A stretch of DNA of 64,000 nucleotides, from contig CAVSGM010000002.1 in NCBI GenBank assembly GCA_963727485.1, positions 1,248,001 to 1,312,000 on the forward strand, read 5' to 3'. Below are positions 1-8,800 of this stretch, in pieces. Numbering within the stretch: the first letter of the stretch is position 1; every line of letters begins with the position of its first letter. Source of the stretch: an uncultured delta proteobacterium (GTDB taxonomy: Bacteria > Myxococcota > Myxococcia > SLRQ01). Made by a program: the position numbers and the translations under genes. The notes beneath the pieces were generated by a model. The model did no database searches. It was not told where the DNA came from and saw only the letters and a program-made list of their open reading frames with translations.

Positions 1-3000
1 GATGGTCGGGGGCGTGGTGTCGGCGCCGCCGGTGATGTGGGCGATGCAGGTGTCGGTGGCGGTGGCCCCGTCGTTGTCGGTGACCGTGAGCGTCGCCGTG
101 TAGTCCCCGCCACTCTGGTACTGGTGGCTGACGATCTTCCCCGAGGCGGCGGCGCCGTCGCCGAAGTCCCAGTGGTAGCCGGCGAGGGTGCCGTCGGGGT
201 CGCTGGAGCCCGAGGCGTCGAAGGTCACGGCGATGCCGGGGTTCTCGTACTTGTCGGGGCCGGCGGCGGCCACCGGCGCGAGGTCGACCTTCACCGCCAT
301 GGTGGCGGTGCCGGTGGCGCCCTGGTTGTCGGTGACCACCAGGGTCACCGTGCGGTCGGTGCCCCCGGTGAAGGTGTGGGTGACCTTGGCGCCGGTGCCG
401 GTGGTCCCGTCCCCGAAGTCCCAGGCGTAGGCGGCGAGGGTGCCGTCGGGATCATAGGAGCCCGAGCCGTCGAAGGCGGTCGCCACCCCGGCGACCACCG
501 TGCGGTCGGGGCCCGGGTTGGCGATGGGCCACTTGTTCGCCGAGGGGTTGTACTCGTAGGCGCCCAGGTCCACCACCGCGGTCCCGGTGCCGATGCCGGT
601 CACCGGCCGGGTCGCCCCGTCGGCGTCGGTGGTCAGGGGGCTTGCGGGATCGCCGGCGTCGACGCAGGTCGAGCTCGCCAGCAGGTGGTAGTTGTGGCCG
701 GCAGCGTCGACGAAGAGGGGGTTGGCGCTGATGGAGTGGCTGCCGGCGCTGGTCCCCGAGTAGTCGGTGGTGTTGCCCCAGAGGTCGTCGTAGTCGCTGG
801 ACACCGTGGGGTAGGAGTTGCTCACGTAGATCCCGCGGCTGGCCCCGGTGATGATGGACCCGCGCACCGAGACGGTGAGCTCGCTGTAGTAGCTGGCGCT
901 GGCGGCGATGCCGTAGGTCGCGGTGCCGGCGATGGTGGCACCCCGAACCGTGACCTTGTGCCCGGTGGCGCTGCTGTGGACGTAGAGCCCACCGGAGGGG
1001 TTGCCGTAGAGCACCGCGTTGTCGAGCTCGAGGTCGGCGGTTTCCACCCGGACCCCGTAGCCAGCGTTGTCGTGGGAGACCACCCCGTCGACCGTCGGCG
1101 CGCCGCCGCTGACCTGGATCCCGGTGCTGCTCGCCGTGACCTCGCCGCCGGTGAGGTGCACCGTGCCCGTGGACTGGAGGGTGTAGCCGTTGACGGCATG
1201 GGAGACGTGGGCGCCGGCGATCTGGGCGGTGCCCGCCTGGAGGAGCTCCACGCCCTGCCAGTCCTTCGCCGCCTTGCTCGCCGCGGCCGAGTCGAGGACC
1301 ACGGGCTTGGGCGTGGTGCCGTTGACCACCAGGTGGCCGAGGACGCGCAGCTCGGTCTTGCCGAGGGAGGTGTTGCCGCCCATGTCGTCGGTGGTGGCCA
1401 TCTTCAGGGTGGTCCCGGCCCCGAGGGTGAGGGTCACCCCGGGCTCGACGGTGAGGTCACCGAGCACCTGGTAGGGCCCGGAGGCGGCGTCGAGGGTGAG
1501 GTCGCTGTAGAGGTGACCCTCGAGGCCCGCGGTGGGCACCCCGTCGAAGGGCAGGGCGCCCATGTCGCCGCCACCGGAGGCGTGGAGGCGCGCCGGGGAG
1601 CGGCTGGTGATGCGCAGGTCGTGGCCCGCGAGGTCGACGAAGAGGGGCTTCTCCGACATGCACCCACTGCCCGCCGTGGCCCCGCTCCAGTTGGTCGTCT
1701 GCCCCCACACCAGGTCGTAGGTGGCGTTCACGGTGGGGTAGGAGTTGGAGACGTAGATGCCCCGGCTGCCGTTGTCGGCGACGATGCTGTCGGTGAGGGT
1801 GAGGGTCAGCTCGCTGTAGTAGGTGGCGCTGACCGAGAGACCGTAGGTGGTGTTGTCGGCCACGGTGGATCCGGTCACCGCCACCTTGTGGCCGGCGGCG
1901 CTGCTGCGCAGGTAGAGACCGTAGCTGCCGTTGCCGTAGACCAGACCCTTGTCGAAGGTGAGGTCCGCGGTGTCCACCCGCACCCCGTCCGCCGAGCCGT
2001 CCTTCACCGTCACCTGGGAGGCGTCGAAGCTCCCGGCGTCGACGAGGAGGCCCTGGAGCTTGGACCCGGTGAGGACCGAGCGCTGGATCCGGCTCCCGGC
2101 CGCGGTCTGGGCGTGGAGGGCCACGTTGGCGTCGGAGATGGTCACGTAGTCGAAGAAGGAGCTGGTGGACCCGGGGAGCAGCTCCACCCCGCCCCAGTCG
2201 CCGGCGGCGGGGGTGGTGGCGTCCGACTCGAGGTGGATGCCGTCGGTGGCGGTGCCGTCGGCGACCAGGGTCCCGAGGACCCGCAGCTCGGTGAGGGCCT
2301 GGTCGTAGGCGACCATCACGTCGCTCCCGTGGGCGAAGCGGACCACCGCCCCGGGGGCGATGGTGAGGGTGACGCCGGGCTCGACGGTGAGGTCCCCCTT
2401 GACGTCGTAGGGCCCTCCGGCCGCGGTCCAGGTGGTGTTGGCGTAGAGGTGGCCGGCGATGAAGGGCGTGGCGGTCCCGTCGTAGGCCAGGGCGCCCAGG
2501 TCGGTGCCGTCGTGGGCGTGCTTGCGCGCGGGCGACATGGAGGTGATGCGCAGGTCCCGGCCGGCCTGGTCGACGAAGAGGGGGTTCTCGGCCTCACAGC
2601 CGGTGCCCGTGGAGACGCCGCTCCAGTCGGTGGTGTTGCTCCACACCAGGTCGTAGGTGGCGACGACCGTGGGGTAGGAGTTGCTGGCGTAGACCCCGTA
2701 GCGGTTGCCCACCACGATGTCGTCGGTGACCGTGAGGGTGAGCTGGCTGTAGTAGGTGGCGTAGGCAGAGAGGCCGTAGCTCTGGTTGCCGACGACGGTG
2801 GACCTGGTGACCTTCACCGAGATGCCGTTCACCGAGCTGCGCGCGTAGACGCCGGTGGCGTTGTCGACGATGCGGCTGCCGTCGACCGTCCCCGAGCTGC
2901 TGTCGAGGTAGAGGCCGTAGCTGCCGTTGTCGTGGACGTTCAGGCCGCTGAAGGTGAACCCGGTGCCGCCGACGAGGTGCGCCCCGTCGCTGGTCATCCC

Positions 3001-3534
3001 GGTGATCTCGGTGCCGGTGGCGGTGATGCTGCCGCTGCTGCCGACGATCCCCTCCCGCCCGTTCTCCAGGAGCCCCCCGTCGAGGGTGACGGTGCCCCCG
3101 CCGAGGCTGATGGCCTCGTCGGCGTTGGAGAGGGTGGTGCCGGCCAGGGTCACCGTGCCCCCGGGGAGGGCCACGATGCCCAGGTAGTCGGAGGCCGCCG
3201 GGGTGGTGGCGCCGGAGACCAGGTGCACGGGGCTCGCGGCGGTGCCCTGGGTGATCAGGGTGCCCGCCGCGCGCAGCTCGGTGAGGTTCGAGTTCGAGCC
3301 CGATCCCAGGGTGTCGCCAGGGCCGAGCTTCACGGTGACGCCCGCCTGGATGGTGAGGGTCACGCCGCTGGGGACGGTGACGTCGCCGGCGAGCACATAG
3401 GGCGACCCGGCGGCGGTCCAGGTGGTGTCCCCGGTCAGGTTGCCGGGGGAGACGGGGGTGGCGGCGTGGGCGGCGGCGGGCGCGGCGCAGACGGCGGCCA
3501 GGGCCACCGCGAGGGCGGGGAGTCGACGGGTCAT
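1..3534 (-). CDS. Large secreted surface protein: signal peptide, three tandem right-handed beta-helix modules, choice-of-anchor-Q-like segment and at least 2 PKD domains; C-terminus runs off the window
   Basis: Not in the ORF track because it has no stop in the window. Manual translation from ATG 3534 gives MTRRLPALAVALAAVCAAPAAAHAA-TPVSPGNLTGDTTWTAAGSPY. Three repeats contain GD(V/L)TVxxGVTLT, A(T/S)YYS(Q/E)LT, SNSYPTV and PLFVD, followed by DLGAYEY and two WDFGDG PKD motifs. The frame is open to base 1. Confidence 0.85.
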   Translation of the reverse strand, partial: MTRRLPALAVALAAVCAAPAAAHAATPVSPGNLTGDTTWTAAGSPYVLAGDVTVPSGVTLTIQAGVTVKLGPGDTLGSGSNSNLTELRAAGTLITQGTAASPVHLVSGATTPAASDYLGIVALPGGTVTLAGTTLSNADEAISLGGGTVTLDGGLLENGREGIVGSSGSITATGTEITGMTSDGAHLVGGTGFTFSGLNVHDNGSYGLYLDSSSGTVDGSRIVDNATGVYARSSVNGISVKVTRSTVVGNQSYGLSAYATYYSQLTLTVTDDIVVGNRYGVYASNSYPTVVATYDLVWSNTTDWSGVSTGTGCEAENPLFVDQAGRDLRITSMSPARKHAHDGTDLGALAYDGTATPFIAGHLYANTTWTAAGGPYDVKGDLTVEPGVTLTIAPGAVVRFAHGSDVMVAYDQALTELRVLGTLVADGTATDGIHLESDATTPAAGDWGGVELLPGSTSSFFDYVTISDANVALHAQTAAGSRIQRSVLTGSKLQGLLVDAGSFDASQVTVKDGSADGVRVDTADLTFDKGLVYGNGSYGLYLRSSAAGHKVAVTGSTVADNTTYGLSVSATYYSELTLTLTDSIVADNGSRGIYVSNSYPTVNATYDLVWGQTTNWSGATAGSGCMSEKPLFVDLAGHDLRITSRSPARLHASGGGDMGALPFDGVPTAGLEGHLYSDLTLDAASGPYQVLGDLTVEPGVTLTLGAGTTLKMATTDDMGGNTSLGKTELRVLGHLVVNGTTPKPVVLDSAAASKAAKDWQGVELLQAGTAQIAGAHVSHAVNGYTLQSTGTVHLTGGEVTASSTGIQVSGGAPTVDGVVSHDNAGYGVRVETADLELDNAVLYGNPSGGLYVHSSATGHKVTVRGATIAGTATYGIAASASYYSELTVSVRGSIITGASRGIYVSNSYPTVSSDYDDLWGNTTDYSGTSAGSHSISANPLFVDAAGHNYHLLASSTCVDAGDPASPLTTDADGATRPVTGIGTGTAVVDLGAYEYNPSANKWPIANPGPDRTVVAGVATAFDGSGSYDPDGTLAAYAWDFGDGTTGTGAKVTHTFTGGTDRTVTLVVTDNQGATGTATMAVKVDLAPVAAAGPDKYENPGIAVTFDASGSSDPDGTLAGYHWDFGDGAAASGKIVSHQYQSGGDYTATLTVTDNDGATATDTCIAHITGGADTTPPTI

Positions 3535-3761
3535 CGTGGGTCCTCCGAGCACGATGTGGGGGGAAAGCGTACGCCCACGTACATGATCGCACCTCCCCCG
3601 ACAATGACGGGGATCACACGGGCCCGCCGGGGGCGCCGGGTGGCACGGCCCTTGGACTTCCCCCCCGGCGCGGGCCGTCCCAGGCCCGCCGGCGGGGCAA
3701 TCCGTGTCCCCGCCGCCACCCGGGCGCGTCCGCGCGCCCACGATCCGCACGGGAGGGGAAG

Positions 3762-4871
3762 ATGATCGAGCACGTGGATCTCGCCGTCGTCGGCGCCGGC
3801 TTCGCGGGGCTGGCCTGCGCCCAGGCCGCCGCGGCCCGGGGCCTGTCCACCGTGGTCCTCGAGCGCCAGCCCGGCCCCGGGGCCCGGGTGCGCACCACCG
3901 GGATCCTGGTCCAGGAGGTCGCCGACGCCTGGGACGTGCCGCGGTCGCTCACCCGGCGCATCCCCGGGGTGCGCCTCCACGCGCCGAGCGGGAAGACCCT
4001 GGACCTCGCCCGCCCGGGCTACGGGTTCTACGCGACCGACACCAAGGCGCTGATGCGCTGGCTGGCCACCGAGGCCTGGCGCGCCGGGGCGCAGGTCCGC
4101 TACGGCGTGCCCTACGCCGGGGCGCGGCGCGTCGGGGACCGGTGGCACCTCGCAGGCACGGGCCTGGCCGCCCGGTACCTGGTGGGTGCCGACGGGGCGC
4201 GCTCCCAGGTGGCCCGGGACCTTCGCCTGGGCCGCGTCGGTGAGCACCTCGTCGGCCTGGAGGTCCACCTCGCCGGCGCCGGCGCCCAGTCGGGCGAGCG
4301 CCTCGAGTGCTTCCTCGACCGCGAGCTCGCCCCCGGCTACCTCGGGTGGGCGGTCCCGGGCACCGACCACCTCCAGGTGGGCCTCGCCTTCCGCCCCCCG
4401 CACCGCGCTCGCCTCGCGCCGCTTGTCGCCCGGGTGCGCCGGGTCCTCGACCTCGAGGGCGCGGAGGTCGTCGGCCGCCGCGCCGGGATCATCCCCTGCG
4501 GGGGCCCGGTGGCGCCCTCTGCCACCGAGGGGGCGATGCTCCTGGGCGACGCCGCGGGCCTGGTCTCGCCGCTGACCGCCGGCGGCATCCACCCGGCCCT
4601 GGACCTCGGGCGCCTCGCCGGGCGCCTGGTCGCCGGCCACCTCGCCGAGGGGGGCCCCGATCCGGCCCGGCAGCTCGCCCGGGCCCGCCCCCGGTGGCCG
4701 GTGAAGCGGGCGATGCGCCTCGCCCTCGACCACCCGCCCCCGAATGCGGTGATCGACGCCGCCTTCGGCACCGCCGCCTTCCGCCGCCTCGCCGAGCTCG
4801 TCTACTTCCACCACCGGGGCCTGCTCACCGCCGAGGGCTGGAAGGCCCTGCTCCTGCCGGCGCGGTCCTAG
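3762..4871 (+). CDS. Geranylgeranyl reductase-family FAD-dependent oxidoreductase
   Basis: N-terminal VVGAGFAG Rossmann motif, LVGADGARS, APGYLGWAVP, LLGDAAGLVSPLTAGGI; GGAGGGG RBS upstream. Confidence 0.75.
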   Translation: MIEHVDLAVVGAGFAGLACAQAAAARGLSTVVLERQPGPGARVRTTGILVQEVADAWDVPRSLTRRIPGVRLHAPSGKTLDLARPGYGFYATDTKALMRWLATEAWRAGAQVRYGVPYAGARRVGDRWHLAGTGLAARYLVGADGARSQVARDLRLGRVGEHLVGLEVHLAGAGAQSGERLECFLDRELAPGYLGWAVPGTDHLQVGLAFRPPHRARLAPLVARVRRVLDLEGAEVVGRRAGIIPCGGPVAPSATEGAMLLGDAAGLVSPLTAGGIHPALDLGRLAGRLVAGHLAEGGPDPARQLARARPRWPVKRAMRLALDHPPPNAVIDAAFGTAAFRRLAELVYFHHRGLLTAEGWKALLLPARS

Positions 4872-5761
4872 TCGCCGAAGGTCTCGATCACCAGGTCCCG
4901 GAAGGCCGTGACCTTCCGGGGCAGCAGGCGCCGCGCCGGGATCACCAGGTAGAGGTGGGTGCCGCTCAGGGTGTACCGGGGGAGCACGGGCACCAGGGTG
5001 CCGGCGGCCACGGCCGCGGCGGCGGTCTCCCGGGGCATCAGGCCCACGCCCCCGCCGGCGATCAGGGCCGCCCGGAGAAAGAGGAAGTCGTTGGCCGCCA
5101 CCCGCCGCTCGAAGGACACCTCCACGATGCGCCCGCCGGGGCCGTCGAGGCGCAGCGTCGTGGGGAAGCCCCGGAGGGTGAGCCACCGGTGGCCTGCGAG
5201 CTCCTTGGGGCGCTTCGGGGTCCCCGCGGCCTCGAGGTAGCCCGGCGCCGCGTAGATCCCCACCACCGAGGTGCGGAGCTTCCGCGCCACCAGCGACGAG
5301 TCGGCCAGCTGCCCGGCGCTGGCGCGCAGGGCCGCGTCGAAGCCCTCGGCCACGAGATCCACCACCCGGTCGGTGAGCTCCACCTCCACGTCGAGCTGCG
5401 GGTGCCGGGAGACCAGGGTCGCCACCACCTGCCCCAGGTCGTCGCCGAGGTCCACCGGCGCGGTCACCCGCAGGCGCCCCGAGGGGGCGTCCTGGCCCTC
5501 GGGGAGCGCCTCCAGGGTCGCCTCCAGGGAGGCGAGGATCGGCGCCAGCCGGGCGAGGAGGCTCTCGCCGGCGGTGGAGAGGGCCACCTGGCGGGTGGTG
5601 CGGTGGAAGAGCGGCGTGCCGACGGCCTCCTCCAGGCGCGCCACCTGCCGGCTCACGGTGCTCTTGGCGACGCCCAGGCGCTTGGCGGCGCCGGAGAAGC
5701 TCCCGGTCTCGGCGACCATGGCGAAGACGGGCAGGAGGCTGACGTCCACGGGCTCATGCAT
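4868..5761 (-). CDS. LysR-family transcriptional regulator (CrgA/DmlR-like)
   Basis: HTH GSFSGAAKRLGVAKSTVSRQVARLE...LFHRTTR; VDLVAEGFDAALR effector domain; exact start uncertain. Confidence 0.9.
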   Translation of the reverse strand: MHEPVDVSLLPVFAMVAETGSFSGAAKRLGVAKSTVSRQVARLEEAVGTPLFHRTTRQVALSTAGESLLARLAPILASLEATLEALPEGQDAPSGRLRVTAPVDLGDDLGQVVATLVSRHPQLDVEVELTDRVVDLVAEGFDAALRASAGQLADSSLVARKLRTSVVGIYAAPGYLEAAGTPKRPKELAGHRWLTLRGFPTTLRLDGPGGRIVEVSFERRVAANDFLFLRAALIAGGGVGLMPRETAAAAVAAGTLVPVLPRYTLSGTHLYLVIPARRLLPRKVTAFRDLVIETFGD

Positions 5762-5876
5762 GACCGGAGAGGTTGGGCCCACCGCGGCCAGATGGCCAGC
5801 GCCCCGGCCGACGGACGAAAAACGGGGGCCGCGGCACCCACAAGGCCGCGACCCCCGCCCCCCCGGCTTCGTCGCC

Positions 5877-8800
5877 CTACCGCCGCGCCGCCGCCCGCGT
5901 CCGGCGACGCTTGCCGCTCACACCCAGGGCGCCGAGCACCAGGAAGACCAGGGCGGTCGCCGGAGCGCCGGCGTTCCCCTCGGTGGTGGCGTCGCAGCTG
6001 CAGCCGGTGGCGCTGGGCGCGCCGGTGCCGGTCTGCGAGGCGCCGCCGTCGGTGCCGCCGGTCGACCCGCCGTCGCTGCCGCCGGTGGAGCCGCCGTCGC
6101 CGCCGCCGATGGTCCCGCCGTCACTGCCGCCGGCGGTGCCGGTGACGGTCACGGTGAAGGTCACCTGGTCCGACAGGCCCGTGTCGTCGGTCACCTTCAC
6201 GGTCACCGGGTAGTCGCCGTCGGCCACGCTCGCCTCCGGGGCGTAGGCGTAGCTCCCGTCGGCGGCCACCGATCCGGGGCCGCTCACCAGGGTGAAGGTG
6301 AGGCCGGCGTGGGTGTCGGTGTCGGTCGCCGTGAGCGCCAGGGTCAAGGTGCCGCCGTGGGCCACGGTCTGGGGCCCGGGGTCGTCCATGGCCGGCCCCA
6401 CCGCGTTGACCCCGATGATCGCCGTCCGGCTCGCCGTCCCGCCCTCGCCGTCGTCGACGGTGAGGGTCACGGTGTACTGCCCGTGGCCGGGGTAGGCGTG
6501 CGACGCGTCGGCGCCGCTCGCCGCCGCAGACCCGTCGCCGAAGTCCCAGGTGTAGGTCAGGGCGGTGGCGCCGGGGTCGGTGGCCTCGCCGTGGACCTGG
6601 ATGGCCGTCCCCACCTTGGTCACCGCGGGCACGTCCAGGGCGGTGATGGTGGGCGGCACGTTGGCGATGACCACCTGCACGGTCTGGGTCGCGGTCTCGC
6701 CCTGGGCGTCGGCCACGGTCACGGTCACCGCGTAGGTCCCGGCGGGGGCGAAGACGTGGTCCACCTCGGGACCGTCTGCGGGGGCGGTGCCGTCGCCGAA
6801 GTCCCAGGTGTAGGTCAGGGTGCCGATCCCCGGGTCGCTGGCGGTCGCCGAGAGGTGCACCGAGCTCCCCTCGTCGCCGCCGGGGGCGGTCACCGAGGTG
6901 AGGGTCGGGGGTACGTCGGCGATGGTCACCGTCTTGGTGAGGCTGTCGGTGCCGCCGAAGCCGTCGGTCACGGTCAGGGTCACCTGGTAGCTCCCCGGGA
7001 GCGCGAAGGCGTGGGTCACGGTGGCCCCGATGCTGGCGGCGGTGCCGTCCCCGAAGTCCCAGGAGAGCAGCAGCGGCTCGTGGCCGGCGTCGGCGCCGGC
7101 GCCGGTGAAGGTCAGGGTCTCTGCCTCGTTCCCGTCAGGGGCGGTCATGGCCGAGACCACCGGCGGCACGTTGGTGACGGTGATCTGCCGGGTCGCGTGC
7201 ACCACCCCACCCTGGTGGTCGTCGGCGGTGACGGTGACGGTGTAGGTGCCGGGGACGAAGTAGACGTAGCTGCTGCTGCTGCCGAGGCTCGGCTTCCCGC
7301 CGTCCCCGAAGTCCCAGGAGAAGCTCGGCTTGTCGGCGCCGGGGTCGGTGCCCGTGGCGGCGACGTCGACGACCTGGCCCTCGGCCACGGTGCCCGGGAC
7401 GGTGACGCTGGTGAGGGTGGGCGGCACGTTGGCGATGGTGACGCTGGCGGCCTGGGTGGCCGTCCCGCCGTGGCCGTCGTCCACGGTGACCCGCACCGTG
7501 TAGGTCCCCGGCCACATGAAGGTGTGGGTGGCATCGGCGCCGGTCGCCGTGGCGGTCGAGTCGCCGAAGTCCCAGGTGTAGGTGAGCGCGTCGCTGCCCG
7601 CGTCGGTGGCCGTCGCGGAGAAGGCGAGCTGCGTCCCCTCGTCCCCGCCGGGGGCGGTCATGGCGGCGATCTGCGGCGCCACGTTGGCGATGGTGACCTG
7701 GGCGGTCTTCGAGTCGGTGCCCCCGTTCCCGTCGTCCACGGTCACGGTCACCGTGTAGGTGCCGGGCAGCATGAAGGTGTGGCTGGGGGTGGCGCCGGTG
7801 GCGGTGCCCCCGTCGCCGAAGTCCCAGGCGTAGGTCAGGGTGTCGCTGCCGGCGTCGGCGGCGGTGACCCCGAAGGTCAGGGCCGTGCCCTCGTCGCCGC
7901 TGGGCGCGGTGACCGCGGAGATGGTCGGCGCCACGTTGGCGATGGTGACCTGGGCGGTCTTCGAGTCGGTCCCGCCGTGGCCGTCGTTCACGGTCACGGT
8001 CACCGTGTAGGTGCCCGGAGCCATGAAGGTGTGGCTCGGGGCGGCGCCGGTGCCGGTGCCCCCGTCGCCGAAGTCCCAGGCGTAGGTCAGGGTGTCGCTC
8101 CCCGGATCACTGGCGGTGACCCCGAAGGTGAGCGCCGTCCCCTCGTCGCCGTTCGGCGCGGTCATCGCCGAGATGGTCGGCGCCACGTTGGCGATGGTGA
8201 CCTGGGCGGTCTTCGAGTCGGTGCCCCCGTTGCCGTCGCTCACGGTCACGGTCACCGTGTAGGTGCCCGGGGCCATGAAGGCGTGGCTCGGGGCCGCGCC
8301 GGTGCCGGTGCCCCCGTCGCCGAAGTCCCAGGCGTAGGTCAGGGTGTCGCTGCCAGGGTCGCTGGCGGTGACCCCGAAGGTCAGGCTCTGGCCCTCGTTG
8401 CCGCCCGGGGCGGTCATGGCGGAGATCGCCGGCGGGAGGTTGGCGATGCTGATGGTGCCGGTCTGGCTCGCGGACATCCCCTCCTTGTCGGTGACGGTGA
8501 GCTTCACCATGTAGCTGCCGGGGGTGCCGTAGCTGTGGGTGGCGGTCTGGCCGCTGCCCTGGGTGCCGTCGCCGAAGTCCCAGGCGTAGGTGAGGGTGTC
8601 ACCGGCGCCGTCGGTGGCGGTGCCCGAGAAGGTCAGGGTCTGGCCCTGGTTCCCGTTGGGGGCGGTGACCATCCCGATGACCGGGGGCACGTCGGCGATG
8701 GTGACGGTCTTCGCCTGGGTGGCGGACCCGCCATACGGGTCGGTCACGGTGAGCTTGACGGCATAGCTGCCGGGCATCTGGTAGGCGTGGGTCGCCGACT

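Noticed and set aside
3641..3656. sigma54-like TGGCACGGCCCTTGGA upstream of the GGR gene
   Set aside because: The -12 dinucleotide is GG rather than GC and nothing else supports it
7681..8436. Tandem repeats as a CRISPR array or mobile element
   Set aside because: In-frame 252-bp coding repeats with no spacers, no cas genes and no transposase
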